Part shown: in pieces, positions 46,110 through 58,095 of the stretch | How positions within the stretch are numbered: the stretch's first letter is position 1 | Layout: the number at the start of each line of letters is the position of its first letter | NCBI RefSeq assembly: GCF_030144855.1 | Contig: NC_082722.1 | Location: forward strand, 1,612,001-1,676,000 | Source: Hypanus sabinus | Lineage: Eukaryota | DNA: 64,000 bases | Direction: 5' to 3' | Program-made: the position numbers and the translations under genes | The notes under the pieces: model-generated | Told to the model about the DNA's origin: nothing | The model's input: only the letters and a program-made list of their open reading frames with translations | Database searches by the model: none

Positions 46110-46510
46110 AGTCCTGGTAGCAAACTCCCACCCCTCTCCGCGCAACTCAAACGAACGGCAGAGACCTATACAGTTTGGCTCCAGCAGCGTCGCAACAGTT
46201 GTGAGTCAAAGTTGAACTCAACTCATTACTGCTTTAAGGACTCTAGCTCCCGATTTTTCCCTTGGGGTTTACGCCTGACATTTCCCCATAATTGAGTATA
46301 GCCCCAAGGCAGCGGAGGTTTGAGATCAGAGATTTCCTTCTCCCGGATGAGCTGTCAACCACGGCTGACGAGTGAGCCCATCTGCCCGGGACTAGCTTTA
46401 AGTCGTCAGTTGCCAACCTCCGCCCCTTTTCCTGTCTGTAGAAACGGTTCCAAATGGCTCAGTAGCTAAGCCACATGTGAAGGCCAGGAGCTGGACTTGG
46501 TTGTCAGAGG
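46110..46510 (-). mobile_element. Probable RTE-clade LINE 5' region fragment
   Basis: Minus-strand gcctctgacaaccaagtccagctcctggccttcacatgtggcttagctact resembles RTE leaders recalled from vertebrate genomes; no coding motif present. Confidence 0.45.
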
Positions 46511-46849
46511 CGAACTGACTAACATAGGAATAACTCTTTGAACTAGCATAAGACCCCTTCTTGAAAGAAATAGAAAAAAACAGGTATATACTATTTGTTC
46601 TTAGAACTGCATTGAAATTTTAGTCACTGAAATTGCCAGATTTAGTTCAATTTACTCATTGCACCTAACATACACTCCTTACAGAAACATAAAAAGAAAT
46701 GTCCGCGATATAACTGTTTTTCTCTTTGTTTTAACGGCCTCTCACTTCCTTTCAATGAAGAAGAATTTCCAACAATTTTGTCTGTCGCTGCCACCGACGT
46801 TAGTTAGTTCGACGCAATGAATTTACAGGCTTAAAGAAGCAAAACACCA

Positions 46850-49800
46850 TCACCACGATGACGGTCACCAGAAGACCCGTGACAAAATCCATCTAGATGT
46901 GCTCCACGGTCTGTCCGGAACAGGTTGAGGGTGAAGGAGCCCCTGAGACTGGGTGTGAGGCTCCTTGTTCCGTGCAGATATACTGACGGACTTCTCTAGC
47001 CATTCCAGACCACCAGCTTTTCCTCTTAACGAGCTATAGGGCACTGGCGACCACTGGTGAGCAGACATTCCGGATACATTTCTCCATTGAGGAATCTTAG
47101 ACCTGACAGGGCCCGGAACGAACAAAGGACCCAGTGGACTATTTTTTTGAAATCTCTCCTTGCACCTGGGCGTTGCATAACAGAAAGTCAAATTCCCAAT
47201 TGAATCTATTACCTTAGTTTCGGGCAAAATGTTGATAGGCTGCTCCTCTTCTGCGGGTTCGTCAAACTGATGAGTCAAGACAATTGGATCTTAACTCTGT
47301 GACCCCGGTCGAAAGCTCCTAACAATTTGGACTGGTTAACTAAATGAGACCATCTGGCCAGACTGGAATTTCATCTTTTAGTCTCCTGAATATAAGCCAA
47401 GGTTTTTGTGGTCTATACTCAGTAAAAGAGTTGTTGGCATCCTTAAGCCAGTGACACCATTCCACAAATGCCAATATAGCCGCGAGTTGCTCTTTATTTC
47501 CGATATCGTAGTCTACCTACGCCTGGATTAGACGCCTGGAGAATTATACATTCCTGTAGCTTATTACATAGAGACATAGAGAATCTACAACACAATACAA
47601 GTCCTTCAGCCCACAAAGCTGTGCCGAACACGACTTTACCTTAGAAAATACCCAGGGTTACCCTTAGCCCTCCATTTTTCTGAGCTCCATGTACCTGTCC
47701 AGGAGTCTCTTAAAAGACCTTATCATATCCGCCTTCACCAACGTCGCCAGCAACCCATTCCACACACTCACCACTCGCTGCGTAAAAACTTACCCCTGAC
47801 ATCTCCTCTGTACCTGCTTCCAAGCACCTTACAACTGTGCCCTCCTGTGTTAGCCATTTTAGCCCTACGAAGAAGCCTCTGAGTATCCACACAATCAAAG
47901 CCCCTCATCATCTTCTACACCTCTGTCAGGTCAGCTCTCATTCCCCATCGCTCCGAGGAGAAAAATGACAAAAGGCATGCTCCCCAATCCAGGCAACATC
48001 CTTGTATATCTCTGCACCCTTTCTATGGTTTCCACAGTCTTCCTATAGTAAGGCGATTAGAACTGAGCACAGTGGGGTCTGACCAGGATCCTATATATTG
48101 CAACATTACCTCTAAGCTCCTAAAATCAATCCCACGATTGATGAAGACCAATGGACCGTATGCTTTCTTAACCACAGAGTCAAACTGCGTAGCAGCTTTG
48201 AGTGTTCTATGGACTCCAACCTCAAGATCCCTCTGATTCTCCACACTGCCAAGAGTCTGACCCACTAATACTATATTCTGCCATCATATTTGACCTACCA
48301 AAGTGAACCACCTCACACTTATCTGGGTAGAACTTCATCTGCCACTTCTCAACCTAGTTTTGCATCCTGTAAGTGTCCTGCTGTAAACTCTGACAGCCCT
48401 CCACACTATTCACAACACCCCTAATCTTTGTGTCATCAGCAAAATTACTAATCCATCCCTCCACTTCTTCATCCAGGTCATTTATAAAAATCATGAAGAG
48501 CAGGGGTCCCAGAACAGATCCCTGAGGCACAGCACTGGTGACCGACCTCCATGCAGAATATGACTCTTCTCAGCCACTCTTTGCCTTCTGTGGGCAAGCC
48601 GTCTCTGGATCCACCAAGCAATGTCCTCTTAGGTCTCGCACCTCCTTCAATAACCTTTGCATGGGATACCTTGTCAAATGCCTTGATGAAATCCATATAC
48701 ACTACATCTACTGCTTTATATTAATCAATCTGTTTAATCACATCCTCAAAAATTCAATCAGGTTTGTAAGGCATGACTTGCCTTTGACAAAGCCATGCTG
48801 AATATTCCTAATCATATTATGCCTCTCCAAATGTTCATAAATCCTGCCTCTCAGGATCTTCTTCATCGACTTACCAACCACTGAAATAAGACTCACTGTT
48901 CTATGATTTCCTGGGTTATCACCACTCGCCTTCTTGAATAAGGGAACAACATCCGCAACCCTCCAATCCTCCGGACCTCTTCCATCCTCGTTGATAATGC
49001 AAAGGTCATCGCCAGAGACTCAGCAATCTCACCCCTCGCCTCCCATATAGCCTGGGGTACATCTTGTCCGGTTCCAGTGATTTATCCAACTTGATGCTTT
49101 CCAAAAGCTGTAGCACATCCTCTTTCTTAATATCTTATTGTTCAAGGGTGTTCGGGTTCCGTGAGACCAAAATGAGACCTGTCATGAATCACTGTTTGAG
49201 ATCTGCAAAAACAGCCTCTGCATCGGTTGTCCAAACAAAAGGGCCTGTAGATTTCTTGGTACTGTCGGCAGAGCCGCCACTGAGCTGAAGTCTTTGATGA
49301 ACATTCTGTAAAACTCGTCAATTTTTTAGAAATATTTGGACCTGTTTCACATAGGATGGTTGTGACCAATTTCTGACTGTCTGTTAGTCGGGCTATCTTG
49401 AGATTGCTATTGAAAGTCATAAAACCAAAAAATGAAACCGCGGTGACACAAAATTCTAATATTTCAATCTTGACATGAAGTCCAAGATCTAGAATCATCT
49501 TTATTAGATATATCTTTTAGATGTATCTATTAGATGTATCTATGTAACTCTTAGATGTTTAGATGTATCTCTAGATACATCTCTGATGTATCGTGCTCTT
49601 CTGGGGGAGGGGGGTTACGAGAAAAATAGGATACTATCTAAATAGATGGAAGCATACGAATTAAGAACATCCTGGAGCACGTCCTTTATGAAGGCCTGGA
49701 AAACTGTTGGTGTGTGAGAAAAAGGTCAAAGGGCATGACGAGGTATTCACAGTGCCCCGACGTTGTATTGAGTGCAGTCTTCCATTCATCACCCTCTTTT

Positions 49801-51900
49801 ATGTGGAACAGATAGTACACACTCCGGAGTTCTAATTTAGAGAATACTCTTGCCCCTTGGAGTATCTTGAAGGTAGTGTTCATGAGTGGAAAGGGGTAAC
49901 AATTTTTGGTTATACAACAAGTCCTTTAGTACCTATGCAAGGCCTCCGTCTTTCTTATGTATGAAGAAGGTACCTGCGACGTCTGCTGAGGGGGAAGGCC
50001 GACTGAACCCCAAGGCAAGTGCCTCGTCTATGCATCGGGTCTCTCTGAGCTATAGAGTGTATGCAACCTACCCTGTAGAGCACAAGTGTCCGACAGTAGG
50101 TCTATTGCTCAGTCGCAAGGTTGGTGTGGAGGAAGAGTCGAGGCATTTCACTTGCTTAACGTCCTTGTTGAAATCTTTATAGACGGAGGGAATTTCCAGC
50201 GTTTCGGGTGTTGCAACTACCACTGAACATCCCTCCGAGGAGGCTTCTTAGCTACCAGAGGAAATTTGGCAGACCTCGGAGTCTCCTCCATAGGTTCACT
50301 ATGGTCCTTTGTAGAAACAGAGCCCAAATTAGAGAACGTATCCGAGTCCATGGCTTGACCAAATTAGAGTTCAATTCTTCATCCATATCTTCGGATGACG
50401 GCAACATCGCAATACGAAAGGTCTTTCTTTTTCAGAGACTAGTCCCCAAGGATTTACGTTTAGAAGCCTTTCCCTTAGACAGGTCCTGGTGACTCGTTTC
50501 CCGCGGCTTGGCTGCGAGAGCTCCAGAATTCTTGGGCACCTCCTTAATGGGCTTCTTGCCTTGTTCCTGATCTTGCGACCCTTTCTTCATAGTTCCAACG
50601 CATATCTTAACAGGCAAGATCGGGACTCATACTCCCCGTTGACTGGAGCCAGCTTGTCCGCCCTGGGAGACATGACTGGGTCTCTGGGTCTCGGGAGCCT
50701 TTGGGGATAGCAACACCAAAGTGAAATCATTCAATGTCGTGAATACCTAACCGCAGGATAATTCTCCCTTCTTGTTAATTCATGGAACAGTTATGCTAGA
50801 ACAGCCATGGGTGCCCGAGCGGCAGGATATTCAAGAAGAATCTATGATATGAAAACAAGCGTCCTCCGCACGTTCCCCTATCCTCATTCACAAAAGCCAT
50901 ATCTGCTGTACAACTTCGTCAGTTGCAATTATGACCTGACTCAATTCCTGAAGAGCTATGTTGAGTCTACTATTGTCTCCATGTCTAGAAAAATATCCGC
51001 CCCCAGAGACTACACATCCATTCGTCTTTCTCCCAGAGATCTCTTTCTCCGAAGTATGTGCGGTTGGGAGTAATGGAAGCTAACATCATAGTCCTTCCGA
51101 TAGTGGATTGTCTTGCTGGTTTGAGGACAGCTGCATCTTTGGATATCGGCAGGGACTCCAACGCCGAGACCACTCATTGGTGGAGGGTTTTTGTAGCCAA
51201 TTTGCATTGGTTCCGAAGGGTTTTGTACAGGGGACTATCTAGTCATTGTCCGATGGCGGGAATTGGAATAATGAAGCGATTAAGTCGGACTTAGGATAGT
51301 CTTCTTCGATCTTTTGAGATAGGTCTACTTTCGCTCTGGCAGGTGATTATAGTAGAGGATGGGCTGATAAATTAGAGTCTCTGAGTCCTCTATCGGCTCT
51401 CCCAAACCAAGGGCATCCTTTATTTCGCCCCAGAATCTGTGACGATGCAAAGTGCCAAGGCTTCCTCGTTCTTGCCACAGCCCTCAATTACGTCGGCTGA
51501 CTGAATACCTTGATGCTGCTTCATCATGTTAGCTTCGTCGGAATGATAGAACTCCCTCTTCACGACATTCCTGAATTCTTGGTGGTGGCCCAGGCCAGAG
51601 TTCTCCCAGTCAGAAGAGGAATCAGGAAGACCATTTTTCTGCAATTGGTATGGAATCGGAAAGGATGGAGTTCCAAAATCACCGAGCACTGTGTGAGGAA
51701 GCCACAGCAAGAACTCGAACCACCGCTTAATCTCTCCGGGACTGGCAGTGTGACCAACGGTCTCACTCGAGCGATGCCGGCTTTTCCCAGCGAGAATTAG
51801 TGCGTGATGACCTGGAGATGTGAGTCTCCAGGCCCTGTCTTGAGACCTACGCGCTTTGGTTGGCCATACTGACGAGAGACTCTGACACTCCTGGCTGGGT
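46850..51900 (-). mobile_element. Degraded Gypsy (Sushi/chromovirus-type) internal region split by CR1
   Basis: Gag PERLSGGSSSCCGFLTQCSVILEL; [16 protein letters not shown]…EGDEWKTA…EYLVMPF; RNase H DYDIGNKEQLA; integrase start GLLHPQPVPDRPWS…MDFVTG. Confidence 0.88.
47563..49146 (-). mobile_element. CR1 LINE inserted in the Gypsy RNase H region
   Basis: YMDFIKAFDKVSH, VVKKAYGPLVFINRG; tail catagagacatag. Confidence 0.9.
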
Positions 51901-52324
51901 CAATGTTGGCTCACTTGTTCCGCAACGGGAGGCTTAGACAATGATGGAAAAGACCAAATTGCCAAGAATGGAATCGAGACACAATTTCGAGACTGAGACG
52001 AGAACACATTTCTAGTCTAGACGGCAGACGAGACCTGACGTGGCTAGATGAAAATCCAAATGAGACAGAAATCCTAAAGGCATTCGCAGGCTAAACCAAA
52101 GTTAAGTTGACGATTGAGTACCGAATCTGAGTTCAGGAGCTCTTTACATAACCAAAACCTTGGCACCAAAATTTGTCCGCCAATTAGCAAAGCAGGTCTG
52201 AAGGCTTTTTACGCAGTACTGCACGTTCTATGCTCTATGTTCTGACACAGAATTTCAAAGCAAGACAATTTGATTAATTTAGCATATTTGAGATACTTAA
52301 AAACATGGGAAGATGTTGAATTCT

Positions 52325-54755
52325 GAAGCAGTTTTCAACATGATCGAGGAACTCAGCAGGTCAGGCAAGAATCTGTGGAAACGAGCAGTCAACATTTCGG
52401 GCCGAGACCCTTCGTGAGGACTGACGAGGGAGGGGGCAGGGGCCCTATAAAGAAAGTGGGGGGAGGATGGGAAGGAAAAGGTGCCAGGTGAAAAACCAGT
52501 AAGAGGAAAGATCAAGGAGTGTGGGAGGGGAAGCAGAGGAGGATAAGCAGGAAAGGTGAAGAAGGAATGTAAGGGGAAGGCACGATGTTTAGTAGAAGAA
52601 GGCCGAATCATGAGAGAGGTGATAGGCAGCTGGAGGAGGAGTCAGAGTGTGGCGGACGGACCTCTACCTCATTGAGTCCAAATGGCAGCTTTCTGACACC
52701 TCCTCTTACTTACTCCTGGAACAGGACCCCACCAAAAACATCGAACCATTGTCTCCCGTACCATCACCACCCTTATCAACTCCGGAGACCTTCCATCCTC
52801 AGCCAAAAAACTCAATTCCCACACCCACACTGCTCGGTTTTACCTGCTCCCCAAGATCCACAAGGCTGACTGCCCCGGTAGACCCATAGTTTTGGCATAC
52901 ACCTGCCCCACCGAACTTACATCTGCCTACCTGGACTCCATTTTGTCACCCATAGTTCGGTCCCTCCCCACCTACATCCCATGCCCTCCACCTCTTCAAT
53001 AACTTCCAGTTCCCTGGTCTCGACTGCTTCAATTTCACCACGGATGTCCAATCCTTATACACTTCAATTCCCCATCAAGAAGGCCTCAAAGCCCCCCACT
53101 ACTTTCTTGACAATAGACCTCATCAATTCCCCAACACCACCACACTCCTCTGGTTGGCAGAATGGTTACTCACACTTAAGAACTTCTGTTTTGGCTCTTC
53201 CTACTTTCTTCAGACCAAGGGTGTAGCTATGGGCACTCGCATGGGCCCCAGATCCGCCTACTTCTTCGTTGGTTATGTGGAACAGTCTATGCTCCAAATC
53301 TATACTGGTACTGCTCCCCAACATTTCCTTCGATACATTGACGACTACATTGGTGCTGCTTCCTGCACCCATGCTGAGTTTGTCAATTTCATCCACTTTG
53401 ACTCTAACTCTCACCCAGCCCTCAAATTCACTTGGTCCATCACAGACACTTCTTTCCCCTTTCTCGGCCTCTTGCTCTCCGTCTCTGGAGACAGACTGTC
53501 CACTGTCATCTTTTATAAACCCCCTGATTCTCATAACTACCTCGACTATACCTCTTTCCACCCTGCCAAATGCAAAAATGTTATTCTTTATTCCCAGCTT
53601 CATCATCTCCGCCGCATCTGCTCCCAGGATGAGGCTTTCCATTCCGGGACATCTCAAATGTCCTCTTTCTTTAAGGATCGTGGTTTCCCTTCTGCCGTCG
53701 TCAATGATGCCCTCACCCACATCTCCTTCATTTCCAGCACTTCGGCCCTCACCCAATCCTCCTGTCACCACAACAGGGACCGCATTCCCCTTGTCCTCAC
53801 CTATCACCCCACCAGCCTCCAGATCCTGCATATTATCTTCCGTAACTTCCACCACCTTCAACAGGACCCCACCACTCAGCACGTCCTGCCCTCTCTACCC
53901 CACTCCGCCTTCCACAGGAATCGTTCCCTCCGCGGCTGCCTGGTCCACATGTCCCTCCCCACAGATCTTCCACCTGGCACTTATCCCGGCAAGTGTAAGT
54001 GCTACACTTGTCCCTACACCTCCTCTTTTACCACAACTCAGGGCACCAAACAGTCCTTCTAGGTGTCTCAACACTTGTGAGTCTTTTGGGGTAAGCTATT
54101 GCATCCGGTGCTAACAGCGCGGCCTCCTCTACATCGGCGAAACCCGACGCAGATTGAGGTACCACTTCATCGAGAACCTCTGCTCCATCCGTCACAACAG
54201 ACAGGATTTCCCGGTTGCCACCCGCTTCAACTCTGCTTCACATTCCCATTCAGATATGTCCATACATGGTCTCCTCTACTGCCACTATGAGGCCAAACTC
54301 AGGCTGGAGGAGGAACACCTCATATACCGTCTGGGTAGTCTCCAGCCCCTTGGTATGAACATCGAATTCCCCAACTTCCAGTAATTCCCCCCCCTCTCCC
54401 TTCCCCCATTCCACCTCCACTCTGCCTCCTCCTCCAGCTGCCTATCACCTCTTTCTGCTACACATGGTGCTTTCCCCTTACATTACTTCTTCACCTTTCC
54501 TGCCTATCCCCTCCCCTACCCCTTGATCTTTCTTCTTACTGGTTTTTCACTTGGCACCTACCAGTCTTCTCCTTCCCACCCTTCCCCCACCTTCTTTACA
54601 GGGCCCCTGCCCCCTCCCTCTTCGGTCCCGATGAAGGATCCCGGCCCGAAACGTTGACTGTTCGTTTCCACGGATGCTGCCCGACCTGCTCAGTTCCTCC
54701 AGCGTGTTGTACGTGTTGATTTGACCCCAGAATCTGCAGTATGCTTTGTGTTCAA
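52325..54755 (+). mobile_element. Penelope-like element with inverted 5' pseudo-LTR (~52325-52645), RT, GIY-YIG and 3' pseudo-LTR
   Basis: RT QTKGVAMGTRMGP…FLRYIDD (ORF 53154-54062); GIY-YIG LLYIGETRRRL…RLEEEHLIYRLG. Confidence 0.93.
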
Positions 54756-55479
54756 TATGATCGAAAAGTCATTGTGGCTAAGGCAGTCTCTACTCCCAGT
54801 TAAATTCATAGTCTTTTTCAATCAGTAACATTCAGTATTTAAGGTCGAACTGGTGCTTGTTTCAGAAGAAATGCGTCTTTTGGCATAGCCATGGAGCAAA
54901 CTAGACCTGCGCCTTCTGACATCTGCCAGCACTCGCATTTCCAAAGATGCGCCGTCAGCGCTGCCCCAGTGGTGGATGATCCATCTCCGTTGCAGCGACG
55001 GCTAGAATATACTGAAAGGCAGCTGCAAAGCAGTTCAGATTGGATCATTTCTTTAGTTGTGTTTCAGTTTATTTTATCTCAGTGCTCCAAGGAACCTACT
55101 GGGCCTGACAACGAGCCGAACTCAAAGATTAATGAAATTATAGTCCTTGTTCATGCTTTGCAACACCACACAGCGGCGCTCGCCCCACAGTATGAAATTC
55201 GTCCTCAGCTAACCTTCAACCGTCTTTTGGTTGAAGTGAGAACCGGGAAATTGCTTTGAACGGGCATCAGGTCATTGCTATATCACAAATGGAGCACCTT
55301 GAATACATCTGTTTGTTGAATTATAAATCATGCAATTGAATATAGATTGACCAAATTCTAACTCAGTGAAAAGACATAGATATGCAGGCCACATCCAATA
55401 CCATCATTCAATGCAATCATACACTGAAAAGTAATTATTACGCTTCAAGACCTTGACCTCAACACTTCCTTATGAAATT

Positions 55480-55860
55480 CGACTCTCGAACAGTTAGACT
55501 GACTTGGCAGCAACATCTCCTCCACATTATCTCCCAGCACATATGCACCACAAGGCTTTGTGCTTAGCTCCTTGCTCTTCTCGCTTTGTACTTATGACTG
55601 TATGGCTAAGCACAGCTCCAGTGCCATATGCAGATTTGCTGATGACACCACTGAAGTGCGCCGGATCAAATGTGGCGACGACTCAGCATATTGGCGGGAG
55701 ATTGAAACTCTGGCTGAACGGCACCACTGCAACAAACTGTTACTCATTTAAGCTGATAATTGACTCCAGGAGGTGGAAACAAGTGGTCGATGATCCAGTA
55801 CACCTCGGAAGATCAAAGATGGCTGGGGTTACCGACTTTAAATTCCTCGGTGCTCTTCTT
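55480..55860 (+). mobile_element. Degraded Rex1/Babar-type LINE RT fragment
   Basis: LLFSLCTYDCMAKHSSSAICRFADDTT. Confidence 0.8.
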
Positions 55861-56879
55861 CTAAATACTATTCGATTTTGTTTTATTTTTGCTTAACCCA
55901 AGCTGGTAAAACCTGGGGTATGGGCACTGCACGCCCACTGTTTAATTGTTAGAAACTTCTGGAATATGGTGAAGTGTTTAGTATTATGTTTTTCTGGAGA
56001 GTTACATAAATATTGCTTTCTAGGCATAATTGTTTAATGCTATTGTGCAGTGACATTGGGATGATATCTTTTGCATATATTACTATTAGGACAGTGTACT
56101 GTAATCTGCTCATGTTCCATACACTTTCAAGTTAATCTTTTCATTGACCATATTTCTGGGGTTTTCATTTACTGTTTTTTGTATGCCATATGTGTTTGGA
56201 ATGGCTGTATCTATTGATAAGCTGTTCTTGCTTGTTTGTCTTCTAATATTATATCCAGTCAGATATTACAGATTGTCCTATCTGTATTAACATAGGACTG
56301 GATATTTTTTCGAAATGCTTGCTTCCTCAGTTGTTTTGTGCTTTTGATCAACCACTTGATGCTGAACCATAACATAATTTGACTGGTTATATCACGTAGG
56401 GATTTGGGGAACAAGAAATTACCTTTTATTGAATGTAACATGTTTAAATGCATAACGGTGCTGTCGCTTTGCAAAACTTCAACTTAGCTAAGAATGTTTT
56501 GCTGACGATTTTCGTTTCGACTAGGCCTCTCAATCAGAATCGACAAATTCCAGTTGACCTGATACCTTTTATCCATGGCTACAATGTCCCTTTGAAACCA
56601 TCCACGGCACTAACAGTGACAAGATCTGCAGGGAAGTCTAAATGGGAATGTAGAAAATGAACACTTAGTGACATGTTGAACTTCCAGTTTGGAGTTAAGG
56701 TATGTTGCCAACCCAGTTTTATACTCTATATTTACAAGAAATCAGTAACAGTATTAAAATGTACAAAAGAGACTTTAAAATTAATAAAATAGATACTCCT
56801 CTATTTTTTGAAATTGACGGGGAGTGAAACTGAGAACCCTTCCAAAATTTTAAAAAAGAACGATTTTCATCCATTCAGA

Positions 56880-58095
56880 TGTCATCGTCTGGTCCGTGAA
56901 ATCTGCATTCTGGTTCATGGTCCGGTCTATTTCCCTTATTCCAGGTTTTCCAGTCTTCCCCACTTTCTGTTGAGGCAGCTGATTCTCATTTGGGCTGTCT
57001 TCATAAATAACTTCAGGATTCAGCCTCTGGCGGCTGGATTGTTCCTGTCCAAATCCCCTACTTGTATCCCTTCCCTTCACCTTCCTCCTGGAGCCTCGAC
57101 TTGCTTCACCTGGAGCCTCGCCTCGCCTGGAGCCTCGCCTGGAGCCTCGCCTCGCCTGGAGCCTCGCCTTGCCTGGCCTGGAGCCTCGCCTCGCCTTGCC
57201 TCGCCTCGCCTTGCCTGGCCTGGAGCATTGTCTCGCCTCGCCTTGCTTGGAGCCTTGCCTCGTCTGAAGCTTTGCCTTCAGCACTGTCAAGTTCAACCAC
57301 CGGGGCAAGATAAGGAACTGTCTTTTGTTGTTTTGAAACGTCCCTGTGGCCACACCTTCACTAGGTAGGTCCGCCCGTTTGCCACTACCTAGTGTTGGGA
57401 ACTGTCTTTGTGTCCTCACCTTCGTTATGTAGGTCCGGCAGCTAGCGACTACTTTGTGTTGAAAACCGTCTCATCGTATTCTGCATGCGGTGTAATGAGT
57501 CCCGGCCCCACACCCTATACCCAAGGAGGAGTCCCGGCTCTGTGTTCTGTGTATGAGCCTCGGCCCTATGTCCTGTTTCCAAGGAGGGTCCCGGCTCTGT
57601 GTTCCATGTTCCTGTCTCTTCCTCGACCAAGTCCTAGACACGTCCAAGAACCTTGTCCTGACCAATCCACAGCTTTGTGTTCTCGTCTTGTCCATGTGCC
57701 TCACCCAGCCTAGGAGTACTTTGCCCAGCCCAGTGCTGGGATCCCTTCGTCCTGTGCTGGGTTTCTCGCGCCCAGTCCTGTTTCCTCTCCTCGTCCTGTA
57801 GCCACGTCTTGTTCTCGCCTCGTTCTGGAGTCCAAGCCCGAGTCAAGACCCAGGTTCTGGGCCCTTGTCCGGTCTCTGGCTTGTGGTCCAAGCCCAGGAT
57901 CCTAGTTCCAGTTCCACATCCTGGTTCTGCTGTCCTAGCCCAGGCCTGGAAACCTTGTCTCGTCCGGGGCCAGTGTCATGTCCAGTGTCCTTTCTTCCTC
58001 ACTTCCCTTGCTTCCTTCTCACGCCTAGTCCTGTTCCTGGTAGCTCAGTGGCTGTGCCTTGAATTTTGGTCCATTCCCAATGCCCTCCTATGACA
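56880..58095. mobile_element. Solo LTR (~1.2 kb) inserted in the L1 endonuclease
   Basis: TGTCAT…ATGACA termini; inverted homologue of 23783-26059; no clear TSD. Confidence 0.82.
57095..57265. repeat. Pentamer-based tandem repeat (cctcg/ccttg/cctgg units) inside the LTR
   Basis: Directly visible. Confidence 0.9.

Noticed and set aside
56808-57419. Arg-rich and Pro/Leu-rich 186-189-aa ORFs
   Set aside because: By-products of the pentamer tandem repeat in a solo LTR.
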